DNA of 64,000 nucleotides from Lineus longissimus (Eukaryota): NCBI RefSeq assembly GCF_910592395.1, contig NC_088308.1, positions 868,001 to 932,000 of the forward strand, read 5' to 3'. Shown piece by piece: positions 25,964 to 36,682 of this stretch (position 1 is its first letter; each line of letters starts with the position of its first letter). The notes under the pieces were generated by a model. It saw only the letters and a program-made list of their open reading frames with translations, ran no database searches and was not told where the DNA came from. The position numbers and the translations under genes were made by a program.

Positions 25964-28513
25964 AGACCAATGATGAAATAGTGAGTAATTTCATGCTACG
26001 CTGAATCCTGGCAAGGTAATTTTTAAAGTCAAGGTCAGAGCATGCCGATCTACCGGCGTTGTGCGTCCTGTGAAAAGGAGGAGACTTAAGGATTATGTGG
26101 TTGGAGACTTCTAGCGGGTCATAAGCTTATTTGGTTAAACAATTTAAAGATTTCGACTTGGGTCCTCGCTAAACTTTCAAACCCCACATGGACGTCAAGG
26201 AACTTTTCCAAAACCGATATTTTTTTCCAAAGACCATATTTCATATACCCCAAAGCTAAACCTCGGCTATGGGCACATTGGGTGATATGAATAAAGACTA
26301 GCAAATGCTTTTACTTCAATTTTGTACAGAAAGACCTAGTGTATATGTGCATGAAGTTTTACTGAGATAAAAGCATTTGCTAGTCTTTATTCATATCACC
26401 CAATGTCTACAGCGCCCTTTGCCTATGCATCACAGTGCATTTGCAATGCATTTACTGTGCTTCATTGAGGATTTTGGGGCGGGATGTTGCACTAGTGACG
26501 GAAGGGCCAATAAGTCCGGCATAGCTGGTAATTGCCAAACTCTGAGGGAAGAAGCTGGAACACGCTTCAACGCTTCTCTTTATTCCCCAGACTGAATTTG
26601 ACTGTGCATTTGATGTCGAACACAAAAGAAGAAGAATGAAAATAAGCAGGATATGTCATCTATACTCAATGAAGTGACCCGAATACCAAGTGACTCTATG
26701 CCACATTATTTGCTAGCGTATCATACGCACCTTGATTTGTTCAGGTATTTATGGCTAAGGAGGCAATGCGATCGTACAATATGAAATCTGATACGAGTAG
26801 TGTATTTTACATCTGTCGCTTGGGACATGTAGAGTCTCTGCTTCTATCTTTCAGGTCATTAGTATCGGGTAGAGAAAATTCCCACAGCAAGCTGAGGACA
26901 CGCGCCTCCTGGACTCCCAATACTCTATGACGGGCTTACACAGTTCATGTACATGCTTGATCACAATTGAATGCACTTATGCGTGTGTGTACTTGCATGT
27001 ACATGTTTATGTATTTGATTACAACATACCAATAAAGACCATTAAATTGAAAGGATTGTTTAGTGTTCATTATTCGTTGTGCTTAACCTGAATCGAAAAC
27101 ATGTTGCAATTACTATCAGAATCCAACTAAATGGAATGCCCTCGAATGCCTGTAGATTCATAAGGTCGGTGAATCTCAACTCTGAAATGTCTTACAGAAA
27201 TGTATAGAGGCAATTTTTCCCTCTTTACTTGCACTCAGCATGGGCCAACCCAGCATGGGCTAACCCAGCGCTGTTCATGATCAGGATTTTAGGAAGTGGG
27301 AGTCTGAGCCTCGGTGAGCCGTATAATGAGGCTGGATTTACATTCAATTCACGTTTGATATACGTTTCACATACGCCACCTGTAATTTACTAAGTCACCA
27401 TGTCATGACATGACGAGAGGATGGAAAGTGACAGCATCATGTAGACCTAAGCAGTGACGTGCTCTCCTGTTGATCAAACGGCGAGAGAACCCCGACCTCC
27501 CCTGCATGCCCGCGCATCTATCGGAGGTCGCGACTATCGTCAGGTATGACAATCTCCAGGCTGACATTGAATATATCCTCTGATGCAGATACTTTCCTCG
27601 GCACTTTGCAGGGCAGCCTGCTCGGTCAGTTAAAGTCCTGCTTTGAATACACAAGAGTAGGTAAGTTCTCGGTCATTCCCTGGTTGGTTCCCACAACAGG
27701 GCACGTCATATTACGGGTCACTCAATTATCGACGAATTGGTCAAATCAGTAGAATGAATATGATAAGACTGAAGTCCAGTCTTATCATTCCACAAGTGAG
27801 GCGTAGACTTTAAAACTGACCTACCAAGCTAAATCAAGCATTTACGCGGTCGCTACAAGTGCAGAGGGTTAGAAGCGTCGATATCCACCACGAAAATGTC
27901 AGTTGCGAACGAAGGTAGGTCTGCATCCGCACCCCGAGGGGAGCTCATCTCGCCGAGGGATCTAAATTCATAAAATGAACGTTTTCTGGTAACTTCCTAA
28001 ATTTGGCCGACCCATAATCAAGTTTCCTCAGCTAATGTAACGCCCCATTCCTCATTCACTACTTTCTTGAACCAGCAGTTTGAAAACTTCATGTGGCGAG
28101 TCGAGCATTCGACAAGAGAAAACTTGATTCTGATTATCCATTCAATGATTCGCCAGATCCTCATTTGAATATTCTTGCATACGTCATGATTACTTCGTTT
28201 CCCTCCGTAAAGGTCTTATTGCTTGGAAAGACCATGGGTGGAATTCACCAAGGCATTTTAACGTGCGTGCAATTAAAGACCGATTATCTGATACACGGAG
28301 GATAAAACAGTGTTGTCCACGGACGGATAAACGATAGTCTGAACAGCTATTCTGAAGACACGATGATCGATGTTTTATCCGCACGCGGACAAGGCTGGTT
28401 TAATCGGTCAATAAATGCGTGTCGAACCATTGTTCGTTCAACCGCGCAATGGAAATACGTAACTCGCCGCATATAAAAGTAGGTCTTGATTCAAGTACTC
28501 ACACGCTGCCAGC

Positions 28514-28780
28514 ATGGTAAAAACGGAGAGGGCTGAAAATTTCGCTGCGGAGCAGAAGATGGGCCTCATGGAAGCGATACGATTGCGGGAGAAGGTCATT
28601 GAAAGTAAGCGGTTGATGCAACCTTGATCAAGAATAAACAGCTGGTATGGGTTGACATTTCCAACAAAATGGCTGCAAATTTCCCCGAGAGACCTGAGAG
28701 TGACCCAAAAGATCTCAAGAGAATTTTGGCGACGGATGAAAACCAAGGCCAAGGAAATAGCACGAGACAAAAAGATTGAT
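28514..28780 (+). pseudogene. Harbinger Myb/SANT-like DNA-binding protein, N-terminal fragment with two frameshifts
   Basis: MVKTERAENFAAEQKMGLMEAIRLREKVIESKR / DATLIKNKQLVWVDISNKMAANFPERPESDPKDLK / EFWRRMKTKAKEIARDKK fits the trihelix Myb-like pattern. Confidence 0.7.
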
Positions 28781-29019
28781 AATTGCCGGGCTAGAGTTAG
28801 CGCATGATTCTTGTCTGTTGCTGGCATCAGGTAATTTTCTATCACGCCAAGCAGCCAGTGGAAAGTTTCTTTCGGGATCCTAAACCGTTTTATGAATTTC
28901 GTGTCGCTAAATTTCGTCACCGAGTCCAGCCGTTCCTCGTAAATACTCTCTGCACGAGGGTTGGGCAACTGCTCTTCTGCAGCTGCCTCTCCCTGTGCAA
29001 GCTCAACTATTCTGTCCAT
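28768..29019 (-). pseudogene. Harbinger (HARBI1-like) transposase, N-terminal fragment
   Basis: FSDTKFIKRFRIPKETFHWLLGVIENYLMPATDKNHALTLARQLSIFL is typical of the HARBI1-family N-terminus; it is truncated before the DDE domain. Confidence 0.75.
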
Positions 29020-29242
29020 TATAGGCACTGACGGCCTCGGAAATGATCAAAGTATGCCTATGAGAAATGTTTTGGCCTTGTCGCAGATATAAACATGCCC
29101 TCACGGGCGATTAAGTTATCTTTTGTTGGCAAACACGCTTCTTGTCCGCACGCAGTATAATCACTTGGATTACCACATTTGTACGTGCAACACTTAAACG
29201 ACAGCTAAAACACCTTGGTAAATTCCACCCCGTTTGATTTAT

Positions 29243-29666
29243 AGGAAGTGACTATTTGGCAAGCCCTTCTTACCAAACAGCGACTTTTTCTTGTCGTGAA
29301 TGGAGAGCCCTCCGATTGGCTAATGTGTTGTAAAGTCTCCAGCTCGCCAAACAGGGTAGATTTTTTACCTGTTTGGCAAGCCCGGCTGGCCGAACAGGGT
29401 GGCTTTTTAGTGCTGTTTGGCAAGCGACTCTCCAAACAGGACAAACAAAGATGCCTGTTCGGCGAGTGGCTTGCCAAATAGACCCGGTGTAATGTTTTTG
29501 AGTGTTTCTGTTTTTGAGTGTTTCCCCTCATTGTTTGGGAACGCTCAAAAATAGATTGACAAGTTTTTCTGTGTATCCCCCCTATTGAAAAGTCGTGGTC
29601 TCTCTAGCTGCCTATTGTTTGGAAACACTGACACATGGGAAACAACCACAGATGTTACACCGGCCT
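29243..29666. mobile_element. Harbinger-type MITE interrupted in its right terminal repeat
   Basis: Inverted ends AGGAAGTGACTATTTGGCAAGCC / GGCTTGCCAAATAGACCCGG[insert]CCT, with internal CTGTTTGGCAAGC repeats. Confidence 0.5.
29488..29659. mobile_element. 172-bp Ginger-type MITE
   Basis: TGTAA...TTACA termini with imperfect longer inverted ends and a CCGG duplication (29484-29487, 29660-29663). Confidence 0.65.
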
Positions 29667-30264
29667 TGATTGTAATACTGATGCAGGTTTTTCATTGTAT
29701 TCATAACTTATTACTTCAACGTGATTATGCCCCAGGTGAAAAGAATTAGCACTTACAAAGCGGTGATATTTAATCAATTGGCGTTACCACATGCATGTAC
29801 AAGTACTTGTATATTCAATTGGGTGTAATAGATTAAATCGAGAGTATTCAATTCGTTTGCGATGGACGGCGTAATTCCAGTATAGGAATATTCGGTCATT
29901 GACACGAGGCACGGCGACATTCAAATTGGCGCAGACAGTTACGACTTTGATCGGCTGGGTCATCCTTTCCTTTATCACTCCAAAGTCGACGGCATTTAAC
30001 CTTTCGCAGTTGACCCTTTAGAAAAAAGTGTTTGTGCGTTCGACCTTATTTGTCCAACACAGATATGCACCCCGTATAGATGGTTTTCGTTATCTCAAAG
30101 AAGAATAAAAAAAATCTTGGCATACATATTCCGCATTCAAGACTATTTTTTCAAGGGTTTTATCATCTGCATAAGAATCTTATTGTTTTCAAGATAGTGT
30201 CAGCACGCTACACTTGGTTAATGTTTCTATACATTCTGTTGCTTTTCCAGCTCCGTTTGGTGTG

Positions 30265-30720
30265 ATGAAAACTGAATTCACGGACAGCAAGAAGTGCGAC
30301 GATGGCTTTCATCATGTCGCCGTTGCGGATATTCCCAAGGGGGTTTTCATATGCAGTGTCGCCGGACCGATCAGGTCGGACCGAACCCGCTACACAATGC
30401 AAACAAGCGATGATGAGCATACGGACCCGTTGATTCCTCTCCGTTATACCAATCACTCGTGCGAGCCGACAGCGAAGATCCTCTTCTCTTCTAAACCATG
30501 GAGATTAGTGGCTGTGCGTGATATTAAGAAAGGCGAAGACATCACCTTTGACTATCATACTTTCGAATACAAGATGGCGGAAGGATTTAACTGCGCATGC
30601 GGTGCTAAGGCTTGTAGGGGGAAGGTTCAAGGCTTTTATTATCTGCCTGAGAGTCAGAAGAATGAGTACGCAGATGATGTTTCGCCAGTCGTCAAGAAAC
30701 TGTGGGAAAGTGAACAGTAA
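30265..30720 (+). CDS. Small stand-alone SET + post-SET domain protein (putative protein-lysine N-methyltransferase), 151 aa from the first ATG
   Basis: Motifs AVADIPKG, RYTNHSCEP, LVAVRDIKKGEDITFDY and post-SET CACGAKACRG, with no intron inside the domain. A splice acceptor GCTTTTCCAG ends at 30250, so the TTG start at 30214 is probably wrong and an upstream exon may exist. Confidence 0.9.
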   Translation: MKTEFTDSKKCDDGFHHVAVADIPKGVFICSVAGPIRSDRTRYTMQTSDDEHTDPLIPLRYTNHSCEPTAKILFSSKPWRLVAVRDIKKGEDITFDYHTFEYKMAEGFNCACGAKACRGKVQGFYYLPESQKNEYADDVSPVVKKLWESEQ

Positions 30721-31376
30721 ACTAAATGGTTGTAACTTTCCGCTTGAATTACTACGCAGATCACCGAGAACTCTTTATTTTAGCTTAATTATATCATTCA
30801 TGATTTAACGACTGAATTAATGCTCAGTAGTAGTGATGGTGAATTCAAATAATGCTTTTATCATTTGGAACAATTGGTCAAATACATACAGCGAACGCCA
30901 TCACACACTTGCAGGGTACCTCGGCTGTGATTACTTTTATGTAAAGACCGAGAGCTAAACACTAGTATATAGTGAAAAAAATCGCGAAATCACAAAATGT
31001 ACTGGACGATACCTTTCTAAAGTGATACGGATAGTGTTAAGGATCTGCTGACAATGTTACTCAATTGTAAAATACCCAACAGTAATAATATGAATATGTT
31101 TTAGTTGTAGGCCTAACTCTAATTTGGTAATACTGTGTCAAACCGCTTTTAACGGATATACAGGCTATGATTGTCGTCATTTAGGGACAGCCACAACAAG
31201 AGGGCTTGGTCGCAGATCCAAATTTCTTATAAAGAAAATAAATAATTGTTGTTTCAGTGATCCACAGACCTGGCCTACTCTAGTTTCACCGTACTAACCC
31301 AGCTGCGAAATCGAAACAAAGTCCATGCGGAGGCATGAGGCCATGGCAGTCGGATAATCAACTTGGTGTCGCCAAC

Positions 31377-31640
31377 CCATTGTCTATTCATGTTGAACAC
31401 AATGGCGTGGTAGAACGGCCATGTTCATTGTCTATTCATGTTGAACACAATGGCGGAGAACGGCCATTTTCATCGTCCATTCTTGTTGAACACAATGGCG
31501 GAGAACGACCATTTTTATTGTCCATTCTTGTTGAACACAATGGCGGAGAACGGCCATTTTCACTGTCCATTCTTGTTGAACACAATGGCGGAGAACGGCC
31601 ATTTTCATTGTCCATTCATGTTGAACCAAATGGCGTTAGA
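31377..31640. repeat. 45-bp minisatellite, about 6 copies
   Basis: Unit GTTGAACACAATGGCGGAGAACGGCCATTTTCATTGTCCATTCTT. Confidence 0.92.
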
Positions 31641-33089
31641 ATTACGGCCATGGCTTGCATTTGCAAATCAAGAACCGGCCTTTAACCCGACGATGATAAA
31701 AAGATTATAATCCGCATGTCCCACGACCGCGCCATCTGCAACAACACGAGGAAATACAAGGGAGGACGTTCAAGCGAATTCCTCATGAGCCATGCCCGCT
31801 GAAATGTGCTTCTAGTGTTGTCTGTTCAATCATGTTCTTCCCTCTCGCCCTATTTATCAACGTATTTATCGATACGATGTCTACGACAACAGATCTCTAG
31901 TGCTACCGGACCATTCACTCGCCCATCCAGTCGCCATCTGAAGCATGCTTCCTGCTCTCCCTCATTAGGAGGAGGCAAAAATCCAGTGGCCATTAAATTT
32001 ACCGGATTTGGTCGTGCTAATCGAGCGTGTAGTATCCTGATTACTTTGGCAGAGGCGGATCATGGCTGATTTGTGACCCAAATTCGCCAAGGGGACATGG
32101 AGAGAATAATTGGCCAAGGCAAAAATAGTCGACGAAAAAAAGCTCCTTTCATGAGGAGTTCGAATAACCGCCTTGGTCGGCAGAAACTAAAGCAAAGATT
32201 TCCAGATTTTGTATCCCGTTGCGCATGCGCTTACCAGACGCTTCTCCGGTTCCAATTTACGCCGCCTTCTCCTACTTAATTCCATTGACTTCAATAAGTC
32301 TCTACGTATATGCATGTAGATGCACTCATCATTGTCTCTATTGTGTGGAACAAACAACAAATCACCCTTATCTTTCCCAAGTTGAACGAAGAGATTCCGT
32401 GATATTTTTCAAAGGTGATTTCGAACACGAAGTCTTATGAATAAATTCGTGTTTCCATTCATCCTAAGGTGGTATTGGTCCTACGCAAAGGACAAGGTAC
32501 AACTAAAATATTGTAGAGTTTTTGAAACGTTCTCGTGAGGTAGAGGGGAGGGGGAGGGAATTTCTTTAAATTGCTAAATTTCTGATACTATTTGAGAACT
32601 TTCCTCAAGGTTTACAATAATTTTGTGCACACGACTCCCGGTAGCCTAGTGGATGCTCGACACCGTCCAGGCTATTTACATCATCAGGGACACAAATAAT
32701 ACCAGATAACACTGAAACCCCGCTCCGTCTGACAGTGTAGAAAATGAGTTAGGTCAGCGTGATCGGTCTCTTAAACTGTTACATCCCTAACCGATGACGA
32801 TTATTCATCCTGTGGCAAACACTTGAAAGTGACCCCACACCAGGACGGGAGGCATGCGGGTCAAGACAATTGCGCGCCCACATTCATTATCCTTACATTG
32901 TTACAACTAAACAACAATATGTACCAAGGAATTGCCTAGCATCCAGCCCCTCTCGTACACCCCATTTGGTTCTTTGCCAAACTGCAGTGATATTGTAATA
33001 CATCCCCTAATCACAGAGACAACATCAAAGCGGTCCAGAAGAAGTCGCTACACTTGGACCGCAGCAATTGCTCTTGAATGAAACCGTTA

Positions 33090-33135
33090 TCTGATTGGCC
33101 AACGCGGAGCGCGTGTGTACGCGGCAGCTGGCTGC
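33090..33135 (+). promoter_or_regulatory. Candidate CpG-rich promoter with a CCAAT box
   Basis: CTGATTGGCCAACGCGGAGCGCGTGTGTACGCGG, about 300 bp upstream of a candidate first coding exon. Confidence 0.35.
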
Positions 33136-33403
33136 ATAGTTACTATCGAGCGGTCGAAACCGAGACAACCCAAGAAACGGCCATCTAGAGTCCAGAACCG
33201 CGTATTACGGAATTTACATTGGTAATTGACGGTGATTCTTGTGGAACTTACCTTCAATATTTCATCAACGATGATTCAATGATTTGAAAGACATGGCAAC
33301 TTAATTGGGATTTCGACTTGACGATTTGCCACGGGATTGGTGCTTTTTTTCCTCGGTCATCGCCTCAAGATTTCTGCTGGATACATAAGGGGAAGGTAAC
33401 ACC

Positions 33404-33429
33404 ATGTCAACGTACCGGCGTATGGACTC
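33404..33429 (+). CDS. Candidate first coding exon (MSTYRRMDS, phase 2) of a large unidentified gene
   Basis: ACCATG start context, donor TC|GTGAGT, and an upstream promoter-like region. Confidence 0.4.
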
Positions 33430-33799
33430 GTGAGTAATTCTTTATCATTCTTCTGCTAGTTTGTATGCACTTCGATACTGTCATTGCACATTATTGTAAG
33501 CAAAACTTTTTACATCTTGTAAGATCACATCTCTTTCATCAAACTGAACTAGCACAGACTGTCAGACTCCCAGGGGTTGGGCGTTGAAAATAAGATTTAG
33601 TAGTCGCTAACTTGGCGTTCACGATACCGTGATGTTATATGTACACATGCATTTCCACCAGTGATCTTCAACGCCAGTATCAACGCCAAAACGTGAATGA
33701 GTTGTTTTGAATAACGGGCTGTCCTCTGCAATCATCTCTCAGATATGACTACTATATCTAATAGAATTTAAAAGAGCCTTTTTACCAAGGGGATGACAA

Positions 33800-34330
33800 T
33801 ATTAGTGGACAGTTGTTTTTGGCTCTGTATGAGTGTTTGAATTGAGAATTGAATGATTGATTGTCATATGTGAAATGGCGCTTGCGACGCATGCAATCTG
33901 TCGAGCTCGCCGGCTGCTGCCGAAGCCATACTGCTGTCTGAGGGTCTTAAAGGTTTGCCTTATAGATTTCATCAACATGTAATGATTCAAGTTGGTAGAA
34001 TTATACCGAAGCAGTTGGTTGATGTGCCAATATTTGCCTCGAGATGACTGAACTACTTTCGATTGAGTTTGAAAGAAATGGTTGCGGTCACCAAGAACGA
34101 TGGCGCGACCATGTTGAATCACCTTGCACTATATTACTGTGGTCATTCAATGACAGCAGGATTTGGGGATTATAAAATTCAGACATCATGAGCAAGATCA
34201 TGTACACGCCTTCCAATGTTTCTCGGAAAACTTCCTGGAGTTCATGGAGTGCCACCCCTGTTGGAAAACTTAGTGCTTCCCTGGTTTGTATCGAATCACT
34301 CTTCGAATCGTACACACGCCTCCCTTAAAG
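33800..34330 (-). mobile_element. Highly decayed CR1/L2-like LINE reverse-transcriptase fragment
   Basis: Fragments MILLMMSEFYNPQILLSL, LGDRNHF and AISHMTINHSILNS.TE echo, in order, the RT motifs LILLDLSAAFD..H.ILL, YL.DR.Q and I..WM..N.L.LN..KTE. Confidence 0.45.
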
Positions 34331-34654
34331 GCAATCACTTCTCTTACACTACATCCCCTGTCTTTCGATAGGCTTTGACGTAGCCCAAAAAGTGACGATG
34401 AAACCAGGCCATATTTTAACCTTTCTTCCAATCAGACCTGTTCAGACCTGAGACAACCCACGGCTGGACGAGAGCAGTCAAGGAATTCCAAGTCGATTTT
34501 TAATTTGATTTCAGAACTGGTTCATTGCCTGACGTGTTAAATGAGGCGCGGAATGTCCGATTAAGTGTATGATGGTCTGTTCGGTGATGCTGATGTTTTA
34601 CCTCCGAGTTTTGTCATACATCAGTTATTGATCGCTTGATTCCGTACTGCAGGG

Positions 34655-34730
34655 AAGCGCGGTGGCTCAGTAGAAGAGCGTCGAACTTGTGATCGAGAGG
34701 TCGTGGGCTCGAGGCTCGACAGCCAGTGCC
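34655..34730 (+). pseudogene. tRNA-derived sequence (SINE head or pseudo-tRNA)
   Basis: A box GGTGGCTCAGTAG and degenerate B box GGCTCGAGGCTC; broken cloverleaf. Confidence 0.5.
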
Positions 34731-36609
34731 ATTCCCAACCTTTATTTCTAAGAGTGTGCACAATATGAATTCTTCCCCAGTTGGTTCTCCCACTGCCAAA
34801 CACAAAACGTCAACTCTTATTGACTGGTAACAGGTGTTTTATTGACCAGCGCTGTATATCAATAACAATCATTGCTGCGTCTCGCAGATTAACATGCCCT
34901 TTCTTTTATCATTGATACTACAATGTACTTGGCAATAACAGTCAGATATCGACGAAACACGGTTGTGGGTGTATAGTTTTACAGGTTATTGCTTTTGCGC
35001 AGCTCAAGCAAATAATGAACACTGTCTTGTTACACACTATATTTCAGAGAACCACAAGTCGGATGCAAGCAGATTTACTCGCTGTCGAATGACATCGATC
35101 TGTAGACGCACAAACAATGTGTTTACTTGCAAGTGACATGACTGGGTGAATCATATTATATCATCTTTCTGTCGAGAGTAATACGCCACAGCGGGCAGAC
35201 AGGGAGAATCAATCCACAAACACAGAGTTTCGTTCCATTGAACCTCGCCATGAATGAAAACGCTGTCCCAATGCACCGCAGTGTACATATACATACATTG
35301 AGAATCAATCCAACGATCACTGGTCATGTTGCCTGTAATTAGACGTGTTAGAGTGTCGCTTTCGTTCTAATATCTCTATTTGCGGATAACCATCCAACGA
35401 TTTTATATCTATGTGGTGTAGTGGCTTTCTGTGGTTTGATACTATGTAGTGATGAGTATTTTATGGTGGTCCAATCAACACTTTGACACCAGGCGTCCAG
35501 GCGAACGAAGTCCGTATCATTTATATCGTACATGTATAAGAAATATTGCGCTCAGGAGGTAAAACATCCCCAAAACTCCATCGGGGGTGATGTAAAATAA
35601 ACATGCTTTCATTAACGCAGTTGATATTGACTGTTGCAGTGCTGCTAATTTTTGTTTGAAGAAAATAACTCCACGCTGTTCGATCGTTTGATTTCGTGAA
35701 ACAGTTTCCCATTCGTGCTTTGTGAATATACACCTGTTAAATAGTGATGAGCATGTTATTGAACCACCGTGGGATCATCTTGTTCCCATAGATGATCGAC
35801 AATTTTTACTTTTTCTCATCGTTTTCATGAGAAAAGGTATGTTTGAAAATTGTTTATACTGCACAGTTTATCAGGTCGGGAAATTCCCTTCACTGATCTC
35901 GAAATCAACGTCAAATACTTTATAAATCTAGCATTATTTGTTACAGTTGTGAATATTCCCAAACTATAGAGTGACCTCTACAAGATCAAAAGTCTTGTTC
36001 TATCTTAGTTTAGGGCGTTCTCCCTTCAAACTAAGCGGAAAACTATAATACGAATCAACGATTCTAACATAGTCTAAGACTCCAACGCTCGGTGACAACT
36101 ACACCTGTTTCCTTTGACCATGAAAGAGAAATCACCATCAGACGTATTTCGGAATTGGATATCGTGTGAGGATCGAAGATGTATGCATTACCGCCAGGAG
36201 GTAAAGGTAGTGGAAAGACAGAGAAAAGGCAATTGCTGCAGTTAACAAAACATCTGATATTTTGGAAAGGGAAGATCAAATAAAAACAAACAAACAAACA
36301 AACATGTATAAAAAAGCTTTATTCCTTTATGTTATTAACTTGAAGAAAGTCCAGCAGAAGCGCTAACCTAAAACCTTGGTGATTCAACGGTTAGAATGGT
36401 CAACGTCTCGTCCGAATCGGATGTCGAACCGACTGCCGTGTGCACTATTGTGATACCAGTGCCCAGTCTCCAAAGTAGCGATTCAAGCATATTATCTCTG
36501 CCAGTATCTGAACCTTGTGGGAAATAAGAATTCACTCTATTGCACACATGGTTCAGATCGCCAAACCTTGGCTATCAGACGCGAAGAAAATAGCCACCCT
36601 AACATGAAA

Positions 36610-36682
36610 GCCTTGGTGGCTGAACGGTTAGAATGCTCGACTTTCGTTCTGGTGGTCACGGGTTCGACTCCCCGTGAATCCA
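36610..36682 (+). pseudogene. tRNA-derived sequence (pseudo-tRNA or SINE head)
   Basis: GGTGGCTGAACGGTTAGA...CACGGGTTCGACTCCCCGTG. The T arm pairs but the anticodon and acceptor stems do not. A partial relative lies near 36375. Confidence 0.55.

Larger units (their letters stand above)
1..28313 (+). repeat. Tandem segmental array of a peptide-gene unit (partial unit 1-1419; units 1420-9710, 9711-14877, 14878-21593, 21594-28313)
   Basis: The same sequence recurs with only scattered SNPs and indels (ATGs at 6188, 11333, 18067, 24785). The junction AACAGTGT|AGTATTCTAC occurs at 1419, 9710, 14877 and 21593; at 28313 it continues as AACAGTGT|TGTCCACGG into unique DNA. The array extends past the left edge of the window. 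Confidence 0.97.
28236..29230. mobile_element. PIF/Harbinger transposon, internally deleted (about 1 kb)
   Basis: Terminal inverted repeats GGGTGGAATTCACCAAGGCATTTTA / TAAAACACCTTGGTAAATTCCACCC, flanked by CAT and CGT. Contains convergent stubs of the Myb/SANT gene and the transposase gene. Confidence 0.8.

Noticed and set aside
1..28313. Array as a pure assembly artefact
   Set aside because: Units carry distinct insertions, deletions and exon-3 sequences. The exact copy number still needs long-read confirmation.
28438..29028. Intact 196-aa protein
   Set aside because: A chimera of the transposase N-terminus and the antisense strand of the Myb-like stub across the deletion junction.
31335..31710. 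Repeat-protein ORFs (VEHNGGERPF...)
   Set aside because: A 45-bp minisatellite that is open in several frames on both strands; no supporting gene structure.
3603..36682. Functional tRNA genes at 3603, 34655 and 36610
   Set aside because: The acceptor and/or anticodon stems do not pair; treated as tRNA-derived relics.
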